A stretch of 64,000 nt of DNA, taken from contig OZ024760.1 in assembly GCA_964016885.1 (NCBI GenBank), positions 62,001 to 126,000 on the forward strand, written 5' to 3'. Every line of letters starts with the position of its first letter. Positions within the stretch are counted from its first letter, which is position 1. The notes beneath the pieces were generated by a model that was not told the DNA's origin, ran no database searches, and saw nothing but the letters and a program-made list of their open reading frames with translations. Of this stretch, positions 14,504 through 27,875 are shown piece by piece. Source of the stretch: Eledone cirrhosa (Eukaryota). The translations under genes and the position numbers were made by a program.

Positions 14504-14910
14504 CTCGCTCGCTCACTCCCTACTCGCACCAAATATAAATAAACCTGTTACGAGGTACGAATCTCAGAATTTGTCAACTCTTATTAATGGTCAGTCCACT
14601 TCTACGAAATGTAATGTAAAAATAACATTTTCTTCTTGTTTCCCCACCCTTCAGTTCATTCATCCATATATCTATAATCGCCCAGAATCCAAATCCTACT
14701 TCTTAATTGCTATTCTATAATTCTGTCTGACTGTTCTAAATAATCTTCTCCTCGCTAACTACCCATACCCCTCCCCGACTCTCCACCTTTACTATTTGGA
14801 CCAATCACAAGTCAACGGCCTATGCTATCACTTCTCCTGGTTGCTTTTCGATATGATGGATGGACTAAGGAATTTCTGGAGAGTCTGAAGAATCTGGACA
14901 CTCGAAGACA

Positions 14911-17900
14911 ATGCCAAAGATAACGACAAATTCACCTCATGCTGCCGGACGAAAAGGCAAGGACTCCTCCTCTTTGTTTCGGCCGCGGATGGCCAACATA
15001 ACCCCAAGCCCATCCTCCTCACCCCTCCCTGCGCCCCACCCACCAAACGCAATCCAGAACTTCAGAATTGGTACCATGAATGTAGGGACCTTAAAAGGCC
15101 GCTCTAACGAGGTTGTAGAAATGCTTGAACGTAAGGAGGTTGATGTTTGCTGTATCCAAGAGACCAGGTGGAGGGGCGGGTCTGCTAGATTCATTGTGGG
15201 TAAAAAACGATGCTATAAGCTTTTCTGGGTGGGAAATGACAATGGGCTGGGTGGGTTAGGAATCATGTTAGCAGAAAAATGGGTGGATAAGATAATAGAC
15301 GTAAATAGAGTGAATGACAGATTAATTAAAATAAGACTTGCTCTGAATAGAACTACTGTGACAGTAATATCTGCGTACGCACCCCAATCCGGACTGCCTG
15401 GCGCTATAAAAGACAGACTCTATGAGACACTGATGCTCACTACCGACAGTGACTATATAATTATAGCTGGCGACCTAAATGGTCACGTTGGACAACATTG
15501 TGATGGCTATGGCGGAATCCACGGAGGCTATGGGTTTGGTACTAGAAATGAGGAAGGCTCCAGAATCCTGGAATTCTGTAACGCAAATAACCTAACTATC
15601 TGTAACACTAACTTCAAAAAACGAGACAATCACTTGATCACCGACAGATCAGGGGAACATACCAGCCAGGTAGATTATATCCTTACCAGAAGACATGACA
15701 GAGTGTCTGTTGTAAACACTAAACCCCTCCCCCATGAAGAATACACCTCCCAACATAGACTGATAATTAGCGACCTCATAGTCAGGACGAGACGTACTCG
15801 ACAACACAAGAGCACTATCCTCAGGAGAAAAATATGGAAGCTAAAGGACCCCACAGCCAGAAATAAATTTAAAAGCATATTACTTGATGCTTTCGACAGT
15901 AAGGAAGAGCATTTAGAGTCGTACAATATAGAGGAACAGTGGGAATTCCTGAAAGCAAACCTGCTGATGGCGGCAGACGAAGTCTGTGGCTGGAGCAGGC
16001 CTATAGGCAGGAGGAGAGTAACATGGTGGTGGAACAGTAAGGTGGAGGAGTCAATTAAGGCCAAAAAGCAGGCTTGGAAAGTATGGCGGGATGGGGGAAG
16101 TAGAGAAGACTATCAAGTGGCCAGGAGGGAAGCTAGGAGACAAGTGTACTTCGCAAGAAGGGAAGCAGAGGAAAGAAAGTTCAAGCATGTTCTACAACGC
16201 GAGGACCAAAAACGTGAGGTGTTCAGGATTGCTAGGCAATGTGTCAAGGAAAACCGTGATATTGTCGGGGAGAAGTGTGTCCTTAATGATGATGGTGTAC
16301 TTGCCATCACTGACGCTGATAAGAAGGTAGCTTGAAAGTGTCACTACGAAAGGCTACTAAATGAGGAGAATAAATGGGAGAAAGACAGTCTCCCCCACAT
16401 CGACCCAATAGAGGGACCAGCAGTGTTAGTCGAAGGTAGTATAATAAGTAAGGCAATCAAAGATATGAAGACAGGTAAGGTGGCTGGGCCTTCGGAAATA
16501 GTTGCTGAAATGCTGAAAGCTTCTGGAACGGTGGGACACACCATGGTCACCCGGATAGTAAGCCAAGTCATACAGAATGGGGTTGTTCTGAAGGACTGGC
16601 GTAGCAGCATCATCATTAACTGCTACAAGGGTAAAGGAGACGCCCTAGATAGGAGTAACTATAGAGGCATTAAATTAATCGACCAGGTCATGAAGGTCAC
16701 AGAAAAAGTAATAGCACAACTAATCAGAGAGAGAATTGATCTAGATGAAATGCAGTTCGGGTTTGTGTCAGGTAAAAGTACCACAGACGCTCTTTTCATT
16801 GTACGACAACTACAGGAGAAGTACCTAGCTAAAAGTAAACCCCTATACTTAGCTTTTGTCGACTTGGAGAAAGCCTTCGACAGAGTCCCCCGTTCCATTA
16901 TCTGGTGGGCTCTTAGAAAACTAGGTGTTGATGAATGGCTTGTGAGAGCTATACAAGCCATGTATAAAGAAACAGTCAGCAAGGTTAGAATTAACAACGA
17001 ATCAAAAGGCCTTAAAATTAACCTGTCTAAGACTAAAGTTCTAGTTTGTAGGAAGGAAAATAGGGCACCGGTCCCATCCAGGAAATGGCCATGCTCAATG
17101 TGTTGCAAAGGAGTAGGTAGAAACTCCATTTTATGTCCCAAATGCAAAGTATGGGTGCATAAAAGATGTAGTGGGATCACAGGTAAGCTAACTAAGAACA
17201 TAGATTTTATATGTGGCCGGTGCTCTGGTGCAATAAGTAGCAGCAAGTGCCCAGAGAATACTAGCTCATTCCATTGCACAGATGGTTCTATAGAAATAGT
17301 GGACAGCTTCTGTTACCTGGGTGACAAAATCAGCAGTGGGGGAGGGTGCTCTGAAAGTACAGTAGCTAGAGTCAGAACTGGATGGAAAAAGTTCAGAGAG
17401 CTTATACCACTATTAGCCGCTAAAGGGTTCTCCCTGAAAATGAAAGGCAGGCTGTATGATGCCTGCATACGAACAGCAATGTTACATGGCAGTGAGACCT
17501 GGGCATTGTGTGCAGAGGATATATGCAGACTGGAGAGGAACGAAGCTTGCATGCTCCGCTGGATGTGTAATAGTAATATACGTGAACGGCAAAGCATAAA
17601 CGAACTAAGGGAAAAATTAGAAATAAGAGGGATCAGATGTTGTTTACTCGAGAGAAGACTACGTTGGTATGGTCACGTGATGCGCATGAAAGACGACAGC
17701 TGTATAAAAAAGTGCAGGGCAATAAAAATAGACGGTAGCCACAGAGTAGGCAGACCCAGAAAAACCTGGGACGACTTGATAAATTCCGACCTCACAGACT
17801 TACACCTCTCCAAGACAATGTCACTGGACCAAGATCTTTGGCGCTACACAGTAATAGAGAAGACCCCCCTTACCTAAGTACAAAGTGAAACCCACTACAG

Positions 17901-18270
17901 TCAGTAGGCACCTCTAACAAAATACACCCCTGTCCCACTACTCCCATCCCATCCACACCACGCCTTTCAATGTAAAGTTATGTTGGTACCACAACATCCA
18001 GCCCGAAACAAATGAGGTCGTGTAGGTGTCACGACAAAAAAAACACACAGTCCACACTGTAATGTGGCCATGTAGGTAACATGGTAAAAAGCTCCCAGTT
18101 CCACACTGTAAATGTGGTTGGTGTTAGGAAGGGCATCCAGCCGTAGAAAACCTGCCAGACAGTCCTATGCGAGCAAGACAACCACTCTTGCCTCAAGTGG
18201 GAAAACTCCCGTCCAAACCCATGCAAGCGTGGAATATGGACGTTAAACGATGACGATGATGATGATGATA
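14911..18270 (+). mobile_element. RTE-clade LINE family A, near full length, inactivated
   Basis: APE motifs (GTMNV, IQETRW, SAYAPQ, GDLNGHVG) and RT (NYRGI, VDLEKAFDRV). TGG>TGA at 16333-16335 relative to the 23 kb copy; in-frame 207-bp loss of the RT core at ~17000; 3' UTR ends gacgttaaac(gat)n. Confidence 0.95.
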
Positions 18271-18769
18271 TGTATATTTATATATGTATATATATGTGTG
18301 TATATATATATATATGTATGTAAATGTGTATATATATATCTATATATATATATGTGTATATATGTATATCTATATAATAATAATAATAATGAAATTATTG
18401 TGTACAGTTTTCAGGTGCACAACTCATCAAAGGTGCATGTATAGTACATAAATGTATTTGTGTCAACTCAAATTAAAAACAAACATATAATAGAAAATAA
18501 GAATTAGAAATCAATAATACATACTAGGTGGTTGAGTAACTGTCTCTGGAAAATAGAAAAAGATAATAGATTAGATATCACGTATATATATATATATATA
18601 TATATATATGTAGAGGTTATATTTAATTTGTTGGGATTCAACAAGCTTAAACATTTTTATAACTGATATAAAGCACTCAACAAGTTAGTGGAGTAAATAC
18701 ACAATATATTAATAAATGGAAACTATATTTATAAAACCATATTTATTTTATTATACATATTTCAAGGGC

Positions 18770-19135
18770 AACCAATACAATTGTAATGTCAAAACAAACG
18801 AGAACTCCTTTAACTCTCTCGGCTCTACTTCCACAGACTTCAAATCTCGTTTTAATAACCATAAATGTTCCTTTACGAATATTGGTAAAAAATCTTCAAC
18901 TTCTCTATCTAACTTATTATGGAACTTAAAATCCAAGAATATTAATTATTCTTTATTTTGGAAAATTATCTCCAAAGCTCCTTCATATACTGCTCTATCC
19001 AAAAATTGCTCACTTTGCGTTGAAGACATATTCTTTATACTAAAAAGTAAGAACTCTATTAATTTGCGAAATAATTTATTTAGTTCTTGTAAACATCGTT
19101 TAAACTCAACTTTTAAATATATATATAAAATGTAA
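18770..19135 (+). mobile_element. Penelope-like GIY-YIG C-terminal fragment
   Basis: YNCNV...LGSTSTDFKSRFNNH...TSLS...WKI...Y...CSLC...LR...CKH, homologous to 39240-39600. Confidence 0.8.
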
Positions 19136-20630
19136 TATATGGTTAATCTCCTTTACATAATGTTTTCTATATCTATATATGATTCATATATATTTAATTT
19201 ACTTTCTATTATCTCTACCTCATATATATACTTTATATTATTACACCTATCAATAGATTATAAACTTTTTTTATATGACTGCTTGAAACTCTTTCAAGAA
19301 AAAATTTTCTTGAAAAACTTACGGAAGGTTTTAGAAAATTCTTTGAAAGTTCCTTTGAAAGATATAGAAAAACCATTATTTTCATATCTTCCAATATTTT
19401 TATATCTTCAAACGTTTTTAATATATGTATCCAAATATTTATATATATGTGGAATAACATATGATTTTTATATATAGGCTTTTTATATATATGTGTAATA
19501 ACCTATGGTTTATGTTTTAACTATATTCTTAAGATAAATTAAAAAAATTTTTATAGCAAGTATGACTTCTTATAAAATAACCTATGGTTTATGTTTTAAT
19601 TATATTCTTACGATAAATTTATGACTTCGTATAAAATAACATATGGTTGATGTTTTAATTATATTCTTAAGATAAAACTTTTAACTTTATAACATTTAAT
19701 CGTTGGAGTCATTTGAGATCTTAAAAAATCACTTCTAACTTCCTTTACACTTCCTTACTGTTTTTATAATATAATTAAGTAGTTATTCCTTTGTAAACTC
19801 TCGTAAATTTTTCATAAATTTAGAATTATTTGGATGTTTAAATTTTGACTTACAACTATTAATAAATATAATTTTGCCAAACTTACTTTAATAAAATAAA
19901 CTATACTAGATTTTCTCTAATGTAAAATACTATATATTTATTTAAATAATTTATGATCCTTAACATACACATCTAAACCAATATATTATTACTAATACAT
20001 CTTAATATAATATAAATACTTCTGTTTTAATTTTAATTTTAATTTTTAATTTTTAATTTTTAATTTTTAATTTTTAATTTTTAATTTTTAATTTTTTTAT
20101 TTTTTATTTTTAATTTTTAATTTTTAATTTTTAATTTTTAATTTTTAATTATTAGTATTAATATTAAATTATTAAATTAAATCTTTAATATTAAGGCACA
20201 TTTTAATCTTTAATTTTGATTTCTAATTTTTAATTTTAATCTAATTTTTCAACCTATCATTATAAATATAATAATCACAACGTAATGAATAAATATTATT
20301 CTTCCACGTTAATCTTATTTCTTCTTTCACTTCTTCTTTCACTTAGATATATTTACGTTGTGTATATTTCTCCATTGAAACTTATTTCTTCATTCACTCT
20401 AGCTTCACTATCAATATGTATAATCGTTCTTTCTTTCCTCTTCTCTCTTTCCTAGGTACAGCAAAATATATTTGTTATACACACACATACATATATATAT
20501 TTGAAAAAAGAAAAGAATGACTCCACTGGTGGTTGGTGTTTGACAATTTAAATCTTTAAAAGAACACCAAACATTAGTAAAGACATTCTTTTCTTTCTCC
20601 AAATATGCATATGTATATATATATAAATAA

Positions 20631-20709
<79 letters not shown>

Positions 20710-20747
20710 ACATAAATAACAATCAAATAGCGTTTAAAACATTTAAT

Positions 20748-20794
20748 AGCTTACGATCGTTTCATCCAGATATAAGTCTGGAATCATCAGATCA
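20748..20794 (-). ncRNA. Hammerhead motif
   Basis: Minus strand CTGATGA-t-tccaga-cttata-tctgga-t-GAAAC-gatc-GTA; stem I has a mismatch. Confidence 0.65.
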
Positions 20795-21019
20795 TATAAA
20801 AGTTATTTGATTGTTATTTATGTTGTATTTCTGCTCTGTATTATACTTGATATTTTACATTGAGCTACTTTCTTACTGGTAATCATCGGATAACATAATA
20901 TTACCCTTATCTAATATATATTATTATTATATATATATATATAGGTTCGTCAAGTATGAAAATTGTAGAAATTTGTAGAAAAATGAATTTCTACAAATTT
21001 CATACTTGACGACCCAATA

Positions 21020-21779
21020 TCTGTATATATATAAAATTAAGTATGTGTGTGTCTGTGTATTACCTATAGGGGCCTATATCTTAGGACCGATTTTCATGAA
21101 ACTTTACAGGCACATAGATTAGTCATCGGGGAGTGTTTTCTATATATCAGCGTATCGTTTTTTTTTTTTATTCCGGAGTCATTCTGCAGATAAAAATCAC
21201 CCTTTTTTAGGTATCGAAAAATAAGATCTTTGGCTCTAGCTCCCACATTTTGCCACCGATTTCGCTCAAATTTTAAAGCAAAATAGAATGTATCATTGCA
21301 CATCCTGTAATGCCTTTATATTTTGCATTTATTGTTCAGGGACGGCGTGGCAGCCGCTTAAATATTAACAAATACCACTTTTAGACTCGAATTTCCACTT
21401 TTTCGGCTCTAGCTCGCACCTACTAGATCTGATTATTTCACGTCTTTAAGTGGCTTTACATTTTGGATTTTTTGTTCAGGAATGGCGTGGCAGCCGCTTA
21501 AATATTCGAAAATACCATCTTTTCACTTAAATTTCCGCCTTTTCGGCTCTATCTCCCACATTTTTCAACCGATTTCGTTCAAATTCGAAACTCCCTCCCC
21601 CAGCATGCCCCTTCGTCAGTCACCGGCGTTTCGCAGTGATAGAAGTCATCATCACCCTCACCCGCATGGCTTGTGTGTGGCCATAGATGAGTCATCAAGA
21701 AGCAGTTGCTAAGATCAACACCTTTTCATCAAAGCAGATATTATTTTACCTACCCAGGCAACGCTGGGTATTGCTGCTA

Positions 21780-21780
<1 letters not shown>
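21020..21780 (+). mobile_element. Non-autonomous Helitron family 1
   Basis: A|TC start, subterminal hairpin acccaggcaacgctgggt, CTAG|T end, no TSD; internal ~140-bp duplication. Confidence 0.85.
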
Positions 21781-21855
<75 letters not shown>

Positions 21856-22207
21856 AATGAATAATAACAGGTAGACATCATAAAAAGGTAATTTATTCCG
21901 TGTGCTTACAAATGTTTCCACGGTGGTACTACAGCCTAGTTATGCTATGTGCAAATTTACAACTATTTGCAGAACTCAATAATTCCGACCTTAACTATCA
22001 ACGCATCTCTCCAAAAGTAACCAGTATAATAAAACCCCTACTATAACATTTTGATTAAGATATCTACAAACCCCTCTCTCCTACTTCTCCAACCCCTGCA
22101 TATCTTTCTCTCTCTCTCCCTCTCCCCTACTTTTCTCTCTTCCTTTTCTACTCTATCTTCCCCATCAACCCCACTTAAGGGTATTTACATTGTACATTTT
22201 ACCATTC

Positions 22208-22319
22208 TGCTCTGAGGATACAGTGGTCACAGCATTGGATATTTGAGTTCTGCAAATAGTTGTAAATTTGTACATAGCATAACTAGGCTGTAGTACCACC
22301 GTGGAAACATTTGTAAGCA
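22208..22319 (+). ncRNA. Type I hammerhead with extended stem II
   Basis: tgct-CTGAGGA-tacagtggt...accaccgtg-GAAAC-attt-GTA-agca. Confidence 0.75.
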
Positions 22320-22511
22320 CACGGAATAAATTACCTTTTTATGATGTCTACCTGTTATTATTCATTCTTTATATACACTCCGGAATTTAGAAGGATCAGG
22401 AACTAAGTTTCTTCAACAATTCTTCCATAACTCGTAGAGTAACCTCTCACCGTACGTCAACCATATCCAGTGTAGTAATTAACCATTACTACATCTTGGA
22501 TAATCCTAAAC

Positions 22512-22586
<75 letters not shown>

Positions 22587-22670
22587 GGCTGACTGAATAC
22601 ACATGAGTGTTTTTTTTCTCAATTTTTCTTTCTTTTTTTCTCTTCTCTCTATTTCTTATTTTATTTCTTA

Positions 22671-22703
22671 TTCTGATGAAGGACTATTGTCCGAAACGTT
22701 AAG
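22671..22703 (+). ncRNA. Minimal hammerhead motif
   Basis: CTGATGA-a-ggac-tatt-gtcc-GAAACGTT with palindromic AACGTT; stem I weak. Degenerate relative at ~13766-13800. Confidence 0.65.
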
Positions 22704-23034
22704 ACTCTTGCCCTATTATTTCAAGTGTTAAACTAATATATTTCTTCATTGTATTGTGTTGTTTGCTTCGTTATTTCTATTTAAATACATATTTGTCTGT
22801 TTACAGTCAAATAGAGGACAGATCTATTTGAGTATATAATAGATAATAAAGATAAAACCAAGCATACATACCAGTTCGTTGAGGTTTAACTGAAAAATAG
22901 AAAAAGGAAATAGATTAGATATCATCATATATATGTATGTGTGTGTGTGTATATAGGTATGTAAATATATATATATGTGTCTATATATAGATATGTAAAT
23001 ATATATATATATGTAAATGTATATATATATACGA

Positions 23035-25969
23035 CGATGGGCTGGGTGGAGTAGGAATCATGGTAGCAGAAAAGTGGGCAGATAAGATAATAGACGTAAA
23101 TAGAGTGAACGACAGAATAATTAAAATACTTGTCCTCAATAGAACTACGGTGACAGTAATATCTGCGTACGCACCCCAATCCGGACTGCCCGGCACTATA
23201 AAAGACAGATTCTATGAGACACTGATGCTCACTACCTCGCAAATAACCGACAGTGACTATATAATTATTGCAGGCGACCTAAATGGTCATGTTGGACAAC
23301 ATTGTGACGGCTACGACGAAATCCATGGAGGCTATGGGTTTGGTACTAGAAATGAGGAAGGCTCCAGAATCCTGGAATTCTGTGACGCAAATAACCTAAC
23401 TATCTGTAACACTAACTTCAAAAAACGTGACAATCACCTGATCACCTATAGATCCGGGGAACACACAAGCCAGGTAGATTATATCCTTACCAGAAGACGT
23501 GACAGAGTGTCTGTTGTAAACACTAAATCCCTCCCCCATGAAGAATGCACCTCCCAACATAGACTGATAATTAGCGACCTCATAGTCAGGACGAGACGTA
23601 CTCGACAGCAGACGAGGACTATCCTCAGGAGAAAAATATGGAAGCTAAAAGACCCCACAGCCAGAAATAAATTTCAAAGCATATTACTTGATGCTTTCGA
23701 GAGTAAGGAAGAGCATTTAGAGTCGGACAATATAGAGGGACAGTGGGAATTTCTGAAAGCAAACCTGCTGATGGCGACAGACGAAGTCTGTGGCTGGAGC
23801 AGGCCTGTAGGCAGGAGGAGAGTAACATGGTGGTGGAACAGTAAGGTGGAGGGGTCAATTAAGGCCAAAAAGCAGGCTTGGAAAGTATGGCGGGATGGGG
23901 GAAGTAGAGAAGACTATCAAGTGGCCAGGAGGGAAGCTAGGAGACAAGTGTACTTCGCAAGAAGGGAAGCAGAGGAAAGAAAGTTCAAGCATGTTCTACA
24001 ACGCGATGACCAAAAACGTGAGGTGTTCAGGATTGCTAGGCAATGTGTCAAGGAAAACCGTGATATTGTCGGGGAGAAGTGTGTACTTAATGATGATGGC
24101 GTACTTGCCATCACCGACGCTGATAAGAAGGTAGCTTGGAAGTGTCACTATGAAAGGCTTCTAAATGAGGAGAATAAATGGGAGAAAGACAGTCTCCCCC
24201 ACATTGACCCAATAGAGGGACCAGCAGTGTTAGTCGAGGGGAGTATAATAAGTAAGGCAATCAAGGATATGAAGACGGGTAAGGCGGCTGGGCCTTCGGA
24301 AATAGTTGCTGAGATGCTGAAGGCATCTGGCACGGTGGGACACACCATGGTCACCCGGATAGTTAACCAAGTCGTACAGAATGGGGTTGTTCCAAAGGAC
24401 TGGCATAGCAGCATCATCGTTAACTGTTATAAGGGTAAAGGAGATGCCCTAGATAGGAGTAACTATAGAGGCATTAAATTAATCGACCAGGTCATGAAGG
24501 TCACGGAAAAAGTAATAGCGCAACTAATCAGAGAGAGAATTGACCTAGATGAAATGCAGTTCGGGTTTGTGTCAGGCAAAAGTACCACAGACGCTCTTTT
24601 CATTGTACGACAACTACAGGAGAAGTACCTAGCTAAAGGTAAACCCCTCTACTTAGCTTTTGTCGACTTGGAGAAAGCCTTCGACAGAGTCCCCCGTTCC
24701 ATTATCTGGTGGGCTCTTAGAAAACTAGGTGTTGACGAATGGCTTGTGAGAGCTATACAAGCCATTTATAAAGAAACAGTCAGCAAGGTTAGAATTAACA
24801 ACGAATATAGTGAAGAGTTTAGCGTAAAAGTTGGCGTCCATCAGGGCTCTGTTCTCAGCCCCCTACTATTTATTATTGCCCTTCAGGCTATAACAGAGCA
24901 GTTCAAGACCGACTGCCCATGGGAACTCCTATACACAGACGACCTGACACTCATAGCTGAATCAATGGCCGAGCTAGAGAAGAAATTCCAAACATGGAAG
25001 CACGGCCTAGAATCAAAAGGGCTTAAAATTAACCTGGCTAAGACTAAAGTTCTAGTTTGTAGGAAAGAAAATAAGGCGGCGGTCCCTTCTGGGAAATGGC
25101 CATGCTCAGTGTGTAGGAAAGGCGTAGGTAGAAACTCCATTTTATGTCCCAAATGCAAAGTATGGGTGCATAAAAGATGTAGTGGGATCACAGGTAAGCT
25201 AACTAAGAACATAGATTTTACATGTGGCCGGTGCTCTGGTGCAATAAGTAGCAGCAAGTGCCCACAAAATACTAGCTCTTACAACTGCACAGAGGGCTCT
25301 ATAGAAATAGTGGACAACTTCCGTTACCTGGGTGACAAAATCAGCAGTGGGGGAGGGTGCTCTGAAAGTACAGTAGCTAGAGTCAGAACTGGATGGAAAA
25401 AGTTCAGAGAGCTTATACCACTATTAGCTGCTAAAGGGTTCTCCCTAAAAATGAAAGGCAGGTTGTATGATGCCTGCATACGAACAGCAATGTTGCATGG
25501 CAGTGAGACCTGGGCATTGTGTGCAGAGGATATACGCAGACTAGAGAGGAACGAAGCTTGCATGTTCCGCTGGATGTGTAACAGTAATATACGTGAACGG
25601 CAAAGCATAAACGAACTAAGGAAAAAATTAGAAATAAGAGGGATCAGATGTTGTTTACTCGAGAGAAGGCTACGTTGGTATGGACACGTGATGCGCATGA
25701 AAGTCAATAGCTGTATAACAAAGTGCAGGGCAATAAAGATAGACGGTAGCCACGGAATAGGCAGACCTAGAAAAACCTGGGACGAGCTGATAAACTCCGA
25801 CCTCACACACTTACACCTCTCCAAGACAATGTCACTGGACCGAGACCTTTGGCGGTACTCCGTAACAGAGAAGACCCGCCTTACCTAAATTCATAGTAAA
25901 ACCTACTACAGCCAGTAGGCATCTCTAACAAAATACACCCCGTTAAACGTTGATGATGATGATGATGAT
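23035..25969 (+). mobile_element. RTE-clade LINE family A, 5'-truncated, 942-aa open frame
   Basis: Partial APE plus RT with QGSVLSP and YTDD (24932-24943), PHD-like finger, LRWYGHV C-terminus, (gat)n tail; inserted in (TA)n. Confidence 0.95.
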
Positions 25970-26053
25970 ATATATGTAAATATATATATGTATATATGGA
26001 ACATTGCATTCATGTAACATTCTTTCTTTATTTTAATTTATATTCTTTTTGAA

Positions 26054-26172
26054 GTTCCGATGAGCTGCTCTAATTTTACCTAAGTTAATTATCTTCAACT
26101 GAACCAGATCAATAATGATCTATAATCCTTTGATCCAGAAACATTATATGGAGTAGCGAAACAATTGTAAAC
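26054..26172 (+). ncRNA. Hammerhead motif, core variant
   Basis: gtt-CCGATGA-gctgctc...gagtagc-GAAAC-aatt-GTA-aac. Confidence 0.65.
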
Positions 26173-26514
26173 GGACATTATTAATATTATTATTATTATT
26201 ATTATTATTCTCTACATTCCTTACATTAAATTAAAACTATGTTGACAATCTTTTAATAATGTCTTCCTTGTGAGATTTGTGGTCTTGTTTTGCTTAACTA
26301 ATGAATATATATATATATATATGTAAATATATATATATATATATTTATATATATATGTAAATATATATATATATATATTTATATATGTAAATATATATAT
26401 ATATTTATATATGTAAATATATATATATATCTATATATATATATATATATATAGATTACACAAGTATCCAAGTTATGTTTAAAACATTTAATCGCTGACA
26501 ATTGTTTCTTCCAA

Positions 26515-26685
26515 ACCAGCAATTATCGCAGTGTATTACTGGTCCTTTATTTTGTTGACCCCGTAAGGATGAAAGGCAACGTTAACTCCGGTGGGATTTG
26601 AACACAGACCGTAAAGGGGCATAACTCTATGCTACAAAGCATGGCGTCCGACCCTTTACCAATACTACCAATCCACTGCCCTTAA
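26515..26685 (-). mobile_element. SINE family A inserted in an HHR stem II loop
   Basis: Reverse complement of family A; almost identical to 30495-30660. Confidence 0.85.
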
Positions 26686-27434
26686 AGTAAACAACAAAAA
26701 AATAAGCTTGGAGTCCTCGGAGCATTATCAATGTTTGTACATATAATTAACCTCCTCCTATTCAACTGAAGAATCATATATATTGATGTTGTGGACAACA
26801 GTTTCATGTTTACAGGGTGGAATGGATGCGATATATATTATACGAATAATAAGAATAATCTATATATATATATATATATGTAAATATATATGTATATATA
26901 TATATATATATATATACATATATGGCCATTGACTCTTAAGAGCTCCTTTGCCAAAGGGCAAAGGAGCTCTTAAGAGTCAATGGCCATCCAAAATCACCGG
27001 GAGAGATGACCCCTTTAGCCTTAGTCAAGGCAGAATTCTAGGAGAAGGAAAACTCTGATATAACACCTGCAACCCTGATGGTATCCAATGATGTTGACTT
27101 GTTCTTCTTTTTGGTAAATAGCATCTTGGTTAAGAGAGTGGGACTGGCTTTGTGCAGTGCCTTTGCTCACTATAAAAGCTTCACGGCACAGGCATTGCTT
27201 TATATCTGGAGATCTCTCTGCACTTGTCCTCACATGGGCCCAGCACTATGTGTCAATAATTGTCCTACCATGGGCCTAGCACTATGTGTCAATGATTGTC
27301 ACAGGTGTAGTGTTTGTACCAGAGGTTTCAAGTCGCTGGCTGGACTAAAAAGTCACACTCGTTCAGCGCTTCGGTAGGGGTTATCCTACATGGATGTAAA
27401 GTAGTGGCCGTACTCGAAAACGAGTTGGCAGCCA

Positions 27435-27607
<173 letters not shown>

Positions 27608-27631
27608 AATATATATATATATATATACATG

Positions 27632-27663
<32 letters not shown>

Positions 27664-27828
27664 CGTTATTTATAAAGATAGACGGTAGCCACGGAATAGG
27701 CAGACCTATCTTGAATCGGAGGTAACCATAGTAAGTAAGGTACTCAATACATTGCAGAGTATAAAAGTTTTAATATAGATGAGATTCTACCGGACTAGAA
27801 CTGTTTCATTCTTTAGAAATCATCAGGA

Positions 27829-27875
27829 ATTCCTGATGATTTCTAAAGAATGAAACAGTTCTAGTCCTGTAGAAT
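27829..27875 (+). ncRNA. Hammerhead in the right arm of a palindrome (mirror copy on minus strand)
   Basis: attc-CTGATGA-t-ttc-taaa-gaa-t-GAAACAG-ttctagtc-CTGTA-gaat. Confidence 0.7.
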
